A stretch of DNA of 51,901 bases from Planctomycetia bacterium (GTDB taxonomy: Bacteria > Planctomycetota > GCA-002687715). The stretch spans positions 1 through 51,901 of the forward strand of contig SXUL01000011.1 in assembly GCA_005790545.1 (NCBI GenBank), written 5' to 3'. Numbering within the stretch: the stretch's first letter is position 1; each line of letters starts with the position of its first letter. The position numbers and the translations under genes were made by a program. Shown one piece after another: positions 39,473 through 47,730 of this stretch. The notes under the pieces were generated by a model. The model did no database searches, was not told the DNA's origin, and worked only from the letters and a program-made list of their open reading frames with translations.

Positions 39473-40708
39473 TCAGAACGCGATGCGGGCCTGGACGTAG
39501 AGGACGGTGAAGTTGTCACCGACATCCGGGCTCACGAAGCCGAGGCCAGCGCCCAGGGTGGCGTTGTCCGCGCAGGCGTGCTCCGCCCACAGATCAACTT
39601 CCGAACCGGTGTTGGAGCTATCGGTGTCGGCGAGGAACAGGCCGACGGTGGCGCCGGCTGTCCAGCCAGAACCGCAAGCCATGTTGCCACCAACCTGCAG
39701 ACTGCGGCTGTCGCTGAGGCTGTACCAGTCAGCGAGACCGAAGCGTGCGCGGTAGCCGGTATTGCTGTGACGATTGCCGGTGAAGACGTAGGACTCCTCG
39801 GCGCAGGCGTAGCGGAGGAACAGCCCCAAGTCCTTGTTGAGGTCGTAGTCGAAGTTCACTTCGAGAGCCGATGCGTTGTCCTTGGCGCCAGCAGGAAGCT
39901 CCTGCACGTCAAAGTTGGCATCCACACCGAGGCCACCGAAAGCCGCGGCGAAGTGTCCGCCGAAACGATCAAGGCCGGTATCAGCCGGGATGTTGTCGTC
40001 GCTGCTGCTGTAATAACCCTCAATGGTCATGTCCTTGATGGCCTTGAGTGCGACAAAGAGGATGTAGTTCTGATCGTGGTCAGCGCCCGTGCCCGTGTTG
40101 AGGTCGTACACCAAATTCGCACTGAAGGACTCGGTGCAGTAGCCGAAATTGATGAGGTCCTGGCTCGTGCCGGCATCCCAATCATTAACGCCGAAGGCAA
40201 ACTGGTTGCCAACGCTGAGTTCTTGGCGGCCGATCTTGGCGCAAAGGCCATTGACGCCAAGGAAGTTGCACCACGTGCTGTAGGCCTCGTAGAGGGTTGG
40301 ATTGAGCGCAGCGTTTGTGCCGAGATCAAACGTCTCTTGGGCGGTGACCTTGAAGCTGATGCCGCTGCCGACATCGTAGCCGAAGCCGATGCGGGCGAGG
40401 TTTTCGATCCCCCACACGCGGGTGCCCGATGCGTTGGTGTTCAGGTAGCGGTGGCGCATTTCGCCCGAGAAGGTGACCTTCGGGGCGGCGGTGCCGACTG
40501 CCACGTTGCTGGCGAGGGCGTTGATCTGGCTCTCGAGGAGAGCGCCATCGTTGGCACCCTTGAGGGCCGAGTTCTCGACTTCGAGGGCTGCAACGCGGGC
40601 CTTGAGCTCGCGCAGGTCCTTCGAAACATCATCCGTCGACTGAGCGAAGCTCGAGGGCACCACGAGTGCCGCGGCGAGCAGGCCAGCCATAACATTCAAC
40701 TTTGTCAT
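39473..40708 (-). CDS. Outer-membrane beta-barrel (porin-like) protein with an N-terminal coiled coil.
   Basis: Signal peptide MTKLNVMAGLLAAALVVPSSFAQS. A coiled coil follows (LRELKARVAALEVENSALKGAN). The rest is a long alternating amphipathic beta-strand region ending in the aromatic C-terminal residue ...YVQARIAF. The ORF in the track extends further upstream; I chose the internal Met that carries the signal peptide. Confidence 0.6.
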   Translation of the reverse strand: MTKLNVMAGLLAAALVVPSSFAQSTDDVSKDLRELKARVAALEVENSALKGANDGALLESQINALASNVAVGTAAPKVTFSGEMRHRYLNTNASGTRVWGIENLARIGFGYDVGSGISFKVTAQETFDLGTNAALNPTLYEAYSTWCNFLGVNGLCAKIGRQELSVGNQFAFGVNDWDAGTSQDLINFGYCTESFSANLVYDLNTGTGADHDQNYILFVALKAIKDMTIEGYYSSSDDNIPADTGLDRFGGHFAAAFGGLGVDANFDVQELPAGAKDNASALEVNFDYDLNKDLGLFLRYACAEESYVFTGNRHSNTGYRARFGLADWYSLSDSRSLQVGGNMACGSGWTAGATVGLFLADTDSSNTGSEVDLWAEHACADNATLGAGLGFVSPDVGDNFTVLYVQARIAF

Positions 40709-41042
40709 GTGTCCTAGTCTCCTGGAAACGACCGTTACAGAACGAATCGAAACATTCATTCGACCCGTTCTGCATCGGGCGCCTTTAGGTGGACTCGCTG
40801 CACTTGCAGCAAGGGCCAGCCCCAACCGGCACCCTGAATCAGAATCGTGTCGGGCCTCCAAGGCCCGTGGTGTCAACCGCTGACACCGTCGAACGTTCCC
40901 CAACGGAGCTTTCGCCCGCTGGTTCGGGGAAAAGCTTACTCCCGACGCCCCTGCTGACAAGTCCCGCCAAGGAGCGGCAGTGAGTTTTCTTCAAAAACGG
41001 CATAAAACGTTGTGCGGCAAGTTGTTGCATCTAACAACCAGG

Positions 41043-41297
41043 CTACATCCGGTCCGGCGCATCGGCCTTGAGGAGCTCCACATCCACGCCTTTTTCGCGC
41101 AAAAAGACGATGGCACGTTCCACTTCGGCCTCGTCCCCATCGAGTTCCAAGGCCATCAACGCGACATCCTTCGAGATCGATGCTCCCTGGATGTTCGGTA
41201 CCACTTTGAAGTTCTTGCCGAGGGTATAGAGCAGCGGTTCACCGAGAATTTTTTGCGGGAAAGACAGGAAAATCTTGCGTTTCATGGGAACTCCCAA
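41043..41297 (-). CDS. Stand-alone NIL (ferredoxin-like) domain protein
   Basis: An 84 aa protein whose motif KIFLSFPQKILGEPLLYTLGKNFKVVPNIQGASI...ALMALELDGDEAEVERAIVFLREKGVDVELL resembles the MetN C-terminal NIL domain. An alternative start is at 41285 (MKRKIF). Confidence 0.5.
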   Translation of the reverse strand: MGVPMKRKIFLSFPQKILGEPLLYTLGKNFKVVPNIQGASISKDVALMALELDGDEAEVERAIVFLREKGVDVELLKADAPDRM

Positions 41298-41449
41298 GGC
41301 CGGACTTCGTGACGGGCCGGAGTGGAGCGTATGGGTTCACGCAACGGGTCAAAAGCACCCAGCGCGCGAGCCACCTGGCTTTCGGATCGCAATGACATGC
41401 TTCTTGCGCGTCCTCGACCGGCAGGGCATCGAAATGCGATTGCACGTGG

Positions 41450-42079
41450 CTACTGCCCCAATCCGGCGCGCCGCCTGTCGGAACAACCGAGGCCGCAGAC
41501 AACTCCACTGATGCGATCAAGGACGACAGCCATGCCCAGCCAGATCCAGACAATCAGGTCGTTTTGAGAACCCAAGTACCTGTCTCCCAACAACTCATAG
41601 AATCCTGGCGCCCGAGCCCAATCAAGCTGGCAGCCGAAGTCCAGCAGCCAGATGGTCGGAGACACGAACACTCCGCCCGATCCCGTTGCTTCCGGCCACA
41701 GAACCGGCGCCGCGACCAGTACAGCCCCCAACGCCAGCGCCATCGAGCGTGCCAGCAACTCACTCGTGAACATGCGTGCAAGGCCCAAGACGCCTCGCAG
41801 CACGAGAATCCATGCTGCAATCGCGAGAGCCGAACGCACCGCAACCTCCCCGCCGACCCCAGCCGCAAGCAGCCCGAGGCCACCGCAAGCTGGCCCAAGA
41901 AGCAAGTCCAGCCCGGCGTTCGCCCACCCGGCGCCGGCCGTCCAGGGAATGGTGAGCGCCGCGCCAAGCACGAGCACTCCACCGCCGAGGATTCCGTGCG
42001 AGCCGCCAGCGGCCCTTTCCGTGATGGCCGCCAGCACCCCCCACAGGAGGGGCCATTTCAGACGGTGCAGGTGCTTCAC
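41450..42079 (-). CDS. Hypothetical integral membrane protein, Gly/Ala/Leu-rich with about 5 TM helices.
   Basis: The 209 aa ORF has several long hydrophobic segments. There is no better alternative frame. I recognise no family. Confidence 0.4.
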   Translation of the reverse strand: MKHLHRLKWPLLWGVLAAITERAAGGSHGILGGGVLVLGAALTIPWTAGAGWANAGLDLLLGPACGGLGLLAAGVGGEVAVRSALAIAAWILVLRGVLGLARMFTSELLARSMALALGAVLVAAPVLWPEATGSGGVFVSPTIWLLDFGCQLDWARAPGFYELLGDRYLGSQNDLIVWIWLGMAVVLDRISGVVCGLGCSDRRRAGLGQ

Positions 42080-42147
42080 TGACTCACATCCTGTTCCTGT
42101 GCGCCGCTGGAGCTCGCGGAATATCGCAGATCAACGCTCGCGCGTTT

Positions 42148-43347
42148 TCACGAACCCGCGCGGCACTCTGCCAGCGCCATGAGCGCGTAACTCGTGCACA
42201 GCACCGGGGATCCCTCCCACCATCGGTCCTGCGCGTTCGTCCACGACCCGTCGCTCGCCTGCATCTTCATCAGCTTTGCGGCGAGTTCCTTCCGCCATTG
42301 GCCGAGTCCGACAGCAGCGAGGTCCAGCTTCGCCTTCTCGGCGGCACCCAGCGCGCGGGCCAGCGTGAGGTAGTAGTAGAAGAGCCCTTCATACTTCTGC
42401 TCGGGCTTCTCGCGGTACTCCATGCCCGGGTTCCATTCGAGTTGCCAGTTCTTCGCGATCCACTGCAATGCCGCGGTAATGCGCGGGTCCTTCGCGTCCA
42501 TTTCGCAAAGCAAGTAGCTCTTCAACAGCGCATAGGTCATCGACCCATAGCTTCTGAAGATCCGCCGACCGTCCGGCAGGACTTGGACTCCTGCCTTGCT
42601 GTCGCCGGGGCGGTAGATGCCGCCGCCATCGTTCCCGGGCACCACGGTGCTGCCGTCCTTCAAAGTGTGGCTCTGGTCGTTCGACTCGCTGCGGTTCTGG
42701 CTGCGCTGCAAGAAGACCAAGGCCTTCTTGTAGTACGCATCGTCCTTGGGGAGCCCTGCTGCCTTCGCCGCATCAACGGCAAGCTGTGTGGTGGACATAT
42801 TGATGTCCCCGGCCCCGCCGTAGCCGATCCCGCCGTAGTCCTCGGAACTCTGACTGAGCCCCTCGCCTTCATCCGACTGCGCCATGCGCAGATACTCACG
42901 CCCCTTGACTATCGCATCCGCGTAGGCGACATCGCCTGACGCGGTGAAGGCAAGCAGGGCAGCCGCGGTGCAATACACAGCCAGTTGTTTCTCGTAGATG
43001 GCGCCGTCAGGCTTCTGCATGGTGCGCAGCCACGCGAGCCCCGGAGCCGCAAAAGCCCTGTTCTCAGGCGCCGCCACCGACTGCACGGCTGCGAGGGCGA
43101 GCGCTGTCATTCCTACATCCGGGCCCTTGGATGGATCAAAGGCGAAGAGCCCCTTCTCCGCTGCTCCGCGCAGCCAGGCGGCCCCGCGAGCGGCCGCTTC
43201 GGCCGGCGTGGCGACCTCTGCCTTGGCGAGGGCCGGTGCCGGAACGAGACTTGCCTCGCCCTGCTTGTCACCGCAGCCGCCAACGAGCAGCACCAAGGCG
43301 AACAGGAACGCGCCACAACGATTCTCAATCCCTCGACGATGCGACAT
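42148..43347 (-). CDS. Lipoprotein with prenyltransferase / squalene-oxidase-type alpha-alpha toroid repeats.
   Basis: Lipobox LVLLVGGCG. Repeated QxxDG(S/A)W-type motifs occur (MQKPDGAIY, MQASDGSWT) together with aromatic-rich helical repeats. Confidence 0.65.
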   Translation of the reverse strand: MSHRRGIENRCGAFLFALVLLVGGCGDKQGEASLVPAPALAKAEVATPAEAAARGAAWLRGAAEKGLFAFDPSKGPDVGMTALALAAVQSVAAPENRAFAAPGLAWLRTMQKPDGAIYEKQLAVYCTAAALLAFTASGDVAYADAIVKGREYLRMAQSDEGEGLSQSSEDYGGIGYGGAGDINMSTTQLAVDAAKAAGLPKDDAYYKKALVFLQRSQNRSESNDQSHTLKDGSTVVPGNDGGGIYRPGDSKAGVQVLPDGRRIFRSYGSMTYALLKSYLLCEMDAKDPRITAALQWIAKNWQLEWNPGMEYREKPEQKYEGLFYYYLTLARALGAAEKAKLDLAAVGLGQWRKELAAKLMKMQASDGSWTNAQDRWWEGSPVLCTSYALMALAECRAGS

Positions 43348-43470
43348 GGATGACCCTCTGGCTCACAGGCCAAGCGTACGCGCAAGGAGGAAGGTTCAAC
43401 CGTGCCCCTGCCGACGTCGGCGACATGCTGGCGAGCTCCGACTCCGTGGAGCCACCCGCACGGCAGAGGC

Positions 43471-45453
43471 TCAGCCGAGCCCGGCTGCGAGTGCTGCGGT
43501 GCGTGTCAGCCAAGCCAGCATCCAAGCCCCCAGCGCGAAGAAGACAAACTGCATGAGCGCGAAGCGCCATGAACCGCTTTCGCGGGCCACCACCGCGATG
43601 GTGCTGATGCACTGCAACGCCACGGCGTAGAACGCGAGCAATCCGAGCACAGTCGGCAGAGTGAAACTGAGCGCGCCCGTGCGCGCGTCACGCGCGCCCG
43701 CGAGTGTGTCAGCCAAGCGCGCGTCCGCATCCGCGCCGTCCGGAGTTTCAACGGCGTAGACGACAGACAGAGTGCTGTTGAACACCTCGCGCGCCGCGAA
43801 CGATGCAACCAGTCCGATACCGATGCGCCAATCCTGTCCGAGCGGTTCGATGGCCGGTTCGATCCAGTGCCCGATGCGCCCGGCAATACTCGACTCGATG
43901 GCCGCAGCGCGCTCCGAAGAAGTCTCCGGAGCCCGCTCCGGTCGCGGGAATGCGGTCAGCGCCCAGACCAGCACGGAGAAGACAAGGATGAGTGTTCCCG
44001 CACGACGCAGAAACATGCCTGCCCGCTGCATGAGGCGCAGGCCCACGGTATGCATGGCCGGGAACCGGTACGGCGGCAGTTCGAGAAGCAACGGCAAACG
44101 TGCACCACTCTTCAGCACCCGGTCGTAGAGCGCCGCAGCCAGGATGGCCAGCAGGATGCCGAGCAGATAGAGCCCGAGCAACACCAGCCCCTGCAGACTC
44201 AGAAACCCGAGTACATCACTGCGTGGCACGAACGCGCTGATGAGCAGTGTATAGACCGGCAGCCGCGCGCTGCACGTGAGCAACGGCGCAGCAAACATGG
44301 CGATGCGTCGTTCGCGTTGATCCTCGATGCTGCGCAGCCCGAGAATGCCCGGGACGGCGCAGGCGAAAGATGAAAGCCAAGGAGCGAACGAACGCCCGCT
44401 GAGTCCGATGTACGCGAAGGGCTTGTCCGCAATGAATGCCGCGCGGCTGAGATACCCGCTGTCCTCGAGCAGGATGAGCAGCAGAAAGAGCAGCAGGACC
44501 TGCGGCAGGAAGACGATCACGGCACCGACGCCAGCCAGCGCGCCATCCACAAGCAGATCCGTGATGAGACTGGAGCCAAGTCCAGCGCGCAGCCCTTCGC
44601 CCGCGAAAGCAACAGCAGCTTCGATCGCGTCCGCCGCCGGTGTCGCAAACGTGAACACTGCCTGGAACACGACGCCCATCACTGCGACAAAAATGAAGGG
44701 GCCGAAGACTGGATGGAGGACGCCCCGATCAATGCGATCACTGCGTTGCCGAAGTTTGTTCGCCGCAGTGGTCTTGACATCAGCAAGCACGGTTGCCGCA
44801 AAGCGCCAGCGCGCCGCGGCTTCCTCCTGCACGAGAGAAGCTTCCTCGACACCACGGCGCTGCGCCTGCCAGCGAGCGCGCGAGGGGCGCAGCGTGGTGT
44901 GCACTCCTGCGATGTCGGCCAGCCGCGGTTGCGCCGGAGCCACCAAGGGCCCCGCCAGCAGGCGCTGCCGGAGTGCTGCAACGCCGTCGCCTTTCAGCGC
45001 GGAGACGGCCAGCACCTCGATACCACCCAGCGCGCGTGCAAGCCCGTTTGTATCCACGGGTACGCCCTCAGCGCGCGCCTCATCGGCCATGTTCACACAC
45101 ACCAAGAGCGGCAGACCTGTCTCGAGCACCTGCGAAAGCAGGAACAGCCCGCGTCGCAGTTGCGTTGCATCCAGCACCAAGAGCAGACCTTCGAGGGCCG
45201 GTGCATTCCCTTCGTCGAGCAGCGTGGCGCTGGTGATGGCCTCGTCCGGCGAGCGCGGCGCGAGCGAGCGCACTCCCGGCAAGTCCAGAAGACGCACCTG
45301 GCCATGCGAGCCCTTCAACTCTCCTTCATGACGCTCCACCGTGATGCCGGGGTGGTTGGCCACACGCTGATGCAGACCCGTGAGCGCATTGAACAACGCG
45401 GTCTTGCCCACATTGGGATTGCCGACAAGTGCAAGCGTGCGAGCACCCGTCAT
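43471..45453 (-). CDS. feoB: Ferrous iron transporter FeoB
   Basis: N-terminal G-domain (LALVGNPNVGKTALFNALTG, motifs G1-G4) and a C-terminal polytopic permease with Gate motifs. Start taken at the internal Met (MTGARTLA), 4 nt after the feoA stop. Confidence 0.9.
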   Translation of the reverse strand: MTGARTLALVGNPNVGKTALFNALTGLHQRVANHPGITVERHEGELKGSHGQVRLLDLPGVRSLAPRSPDEAITSATLLDEGNAPALEGLLLVLDATQLRRGLFLLSQVLETGLPLLVCVNMADEARAEGVPVDTNGLARALGGIEVLAVSALKGDGVAALRQRLLAGPLVAPAQPRLADIAGVHTTLRPSRARWQAQRRGVEEASLVQEEAAARWRFAATVLADVKTTAANKLRQRSDRIDRGVLHPVFGPFIFVAVMGVVFQAVFTFATPAADAIEAAVAFAGEGLRAGLGSSLITDLLVDGALAGVGAVIVFLPQVLLLFLLLILLEDSGYLSRAAFIADKPFAYIGLSGRSFAPWLSSFACAVPGILGLRSIEDQRERRIAMFAAPLLTCSARLPVYTLLISAFVPRSDVLGFLSLQGLVLLGLYLLGILLAILAAALYDRVLKSGARLPLLLELPPYRFPAMHTVGLRLMQRAGMFLRRAGTLILVFSVLVWALTAFPRPERAPETSSERAAAIESSIAGRIGHWIEPAIEPLGQDWRIGIGLVASFAAREVFNSTLSVVYAVETPDGADADARLADTLAGARDARTGALSFTLPTVLGLLAFYAVALQCISTIAVVARESGSWRFALMQFVFFALGAWMLAWLTRTAALAAGLG

Positions 45454-45457
45454 GACT

Positions 45458-45727
45458 TCACCGCGCATCGTGGAGCAGCACCGCCGACGCATCTTCTGCG
45501 CGCAACGTGAAACGAGCCCCATCCACTGCGACTTCGAGCGGTGAGCCCAACGGGGCTCTGCGCACAAGTGTGATGAGAGCGCCGGGCACAAAGCCGGCCT
45601 CTGCCAGCTTGGTCGTCACCGCCTCCGGACCACGCAGAGCCACGACGGCTCCCTGCTGGCCGGGCGCGAGGCTGTCCAGTGCGCGCCACGAGACGTGAAT
45701 CTCTGGTGTTGGTGATTCTGAGACCAT
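45458..45727 (-). CDS. feoA: Ferrous iron transport protein FeoA
   Basis: An 89 aa SH3-like FeoA: LAPGQQGAVVAL ... LAEAGFVPGALITLVRRAPLGSPLEVAVDGARFTLR. Confidence 0.8.
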   Translation of the reverse strand: MVSESPTPEIHVSWRALDSLAPGQQGAVVALRGPEAVTTKLAEAGFVPGALITLVRRAPLGSPLEVAVDGARFTLRAEDASAVLLHDAR

Positions 45728-45735
45728 GTCTCATC

Positions 45736-46251
45736 TTAGCCGGAGCGGCGGCCCGGCTCAACTTCCGACGTGCGCTTGTGCGCCCGGCGCGCACATGGCG
45801 CGCAGTAGCCGTACAGCTTGTGGCTGTGCGCCGTCAGTTCGAATTCCGCCTCCGCTGCGATGCGCGCCTGCAGCGCCTCGATGCCGCGCGATGTGAATTC
45901 GCTGATCGCACCACAGCCGAGGCAGTACATGTGGTCGTGGTGCGGCTGATTCAACGCCGACTCGAAATAGAGCGCGCCTCCGCCGAAATCGTGGCTGACG
46001 AGCAGCTTGCAATCCTGCATCATCGCGAGAGTCCGGTAGAGCGTCGCCTTGCTGACACTGCCGCGGCGCATGAGCCGCGCTTGCAACATCTCCGCCGTGA
46101 AGTGTCCTGCCATGGCCGCGATGGCGCGCACGAGTCCCAGACGCACCTGCGAACTCTTCAGCCCTTCCGCGCGCACATGGCGCTCGAAAATCACGCTGGC
46201 ATCGGTCGCGATGCGATGTGTCGCGCGTGCGGGGATTGCCTTCCTGTTCAC
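45736..46251 (-). CDS. fur: Fur-family transcriptional regulator (ferric uptake regulator)
   Basis: wHTH motif (KATLYRTLAMMQDCKLLV) and metal site HHDHMYCLGCGAI...CAPC. The GTG start at 46251-46249 overlaps the purD TGA (GTGA). It sits directly upstream of feoAB. Confidence 0.75.
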   Translation of the reverse strand: MNRKAIPARATHRIATDASVIFERHVRAEGLKSSQVRLGLVRAIAAMAGHFTAEMLQARLMRRGSVSKATLYRTLAMMQDCKLLVSHDFGGGALYFESALNQPHHDHMYCLGCGAISEFTSRGIEALQARIAAEAEFELTAHSHKLYGYCAPCARRAHKRTSEVEPGRRSG

Positions 46252-47552
46252 GCGCCGGGCTCCCCCTGCGTGCGAGCCAGCGCACGCCATCCGATATCTC
46301 GTCGCCGCTGCATGCCTTCGAAGTGGATGCGGTCCGCGGCAGCATTGGCCCGCGCACGCGCGGCTGCCATGTCTGCGCCGAGAGCTGTCACCGCGAGGAC
46401 ACGCCCGCCCTGAGCAACCAACTGGCCATGTTTCATGGCTGTCCCGGAGTGGAAGATCAGCACGTCCTGCATGAGCGACGCCTCCTCCACACCTTCGATG
46501 ACCGCACCCGCTTTCGGCGCTGCCGGATAACCCTCGGAACAGAGCATCACCGTGACAGCAGCGCGTTCATCGACAGAGAAAACGTCGTCCGAGACTTCGG
46601 AGAGCCGCCCTTCCGCACAGGCAAGGAGCGGCTCGAGCAGGTCGCAGCGCAGGCGCGGCAAGAGCACCTCCGTTTCGGGATCGCCAAAACGGGCGTTGTA
46701 TTCAAGGACCTTCGGCCCCGCGCGGGTGAGCATCAGGCCGGCGTAGAGCACTCCGCGATACGGGCGCTTGGCACGTGCCAGTTGATGCAGCGTCGGGAAG
46801 AAGATCTCCTCCTCCACGGAGCGGATCCCCGCTGCATCGATGTTTGCCGCCGGCGAAATGGCTCCCATGCCGCCGGTGTTCGGACCTTCATCACCGTCCA
46901 GCAGACGCTTGTGGTCCTGCGACGTCGGCAGCGTGAGCATCGTCTCGCCATCAGTGAGGCAGTGAATGCTCACCTCTTCGCCGGACAGGAATTCCTCGAT
47001 CAACACCGTCGTGCCGCTGTCCCCGAACTGGCGGCTCTCCATCATGTCCGTGACGGCTTGCGCTGCCTCCGCCGCATCCTTGGCGATGACAACGCCCTTG
47101 CCAGCCGCGAGGCCGGAGGCCTTCACCACCACCGGAAACGCAGGTGCTTCACGAATGTACTCATGCGCGGCGCGTGCATCACGAAAGGTGCGCGACGCGG
47201 CCGTGGGAATCCCGCCCTTGTGCATGAGTTGCTTCGCCCATGCCTTGGAGCCTTCGATCTCGGCAGCAAGACGGGACGGCCCGAACACCGCAATGCCGGC
47301 TTCGCGCAGCGCATCACCGAGTCCCGCGACGAGAGGAGCCTCGGGCCCGATCACCACGAGCCCGATCGCTTGGTCCTTCGCGAACGCGACCAGCCGTGCA
47401 ACCTCGGTCGCGGCGATAGCCACATTCTCGGCGACCAGGGCTGTGCCGGGGTTTCCCGGCGCACAGAACACGCGGCGCTCGCGATGACCGGAGGCGAGCT
47501 TCCAGCACAGCGCGTGTTCGCGACCTCCGCCTCCAACCACCAGCACGTTCAT
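46248..47552 (-). CDS. purD: Phosphoribosylamine--glycine ligase
   Basis: ATP-grasp PurD, conserved end to end (MNVLVVGGGGREHAL, KASGLAAGKGV, EEFLSGEEVS, NARFGDPETEVLLP). Confidence 0.9.
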   Translation of the reverse strand: MNVLVVGGGGREHALCWKLASGHRERRVFCAPGNPGTALVAENVAIAATEVARLVAFAKDQAIGLVVIGPEAPLVAGLGDALREAGIAVFGPSRLAAEIEGSKAWAKQLMHKGGIPTAASRTFRDARAAHEYIREAPAFPVVVKASGLAAGKGVVIAKDAAEAAQAVTDMMESRQFGDSGTTVLIEEFLSGEEVSIHCLTDGETMLTLPTSQDHKRLLDGDEGPNTGGMGAISPAANIDAAGIRSVEEEIFFPTLHQLARAKRPYRGVLYAGLMLTRAGPKVLEYNARFGDPETEVLLPRLRCDLLEPLLACAEGRLSEVSDDVFSVDERAAVTVMLCSEGYPAAPKAGAVIEGVEEASLMQDVLIFHSGTAMKHGQLVAQGGRVLAVTALGADMAAARARANAAADRIHFEGMQRRRDIGWRALARTQGEPGA

Positions 47553-47730
47553 GCGAGCACTCTCCGCTTCGAGCCGGAGGATATGAGAGTGACGGCTCGG
47601 GCACCAGTTGCGGCGCCTCTGACCTCCCGGCCCTGCGTGGCGGAGAGCGTGCGGGGAGTGAGGTCATTCAACGACAACGCCCACTCGCGGCCATGACCGC
47701 CAGTGGGCGCATCGGTTGCGCATCAGAAGT

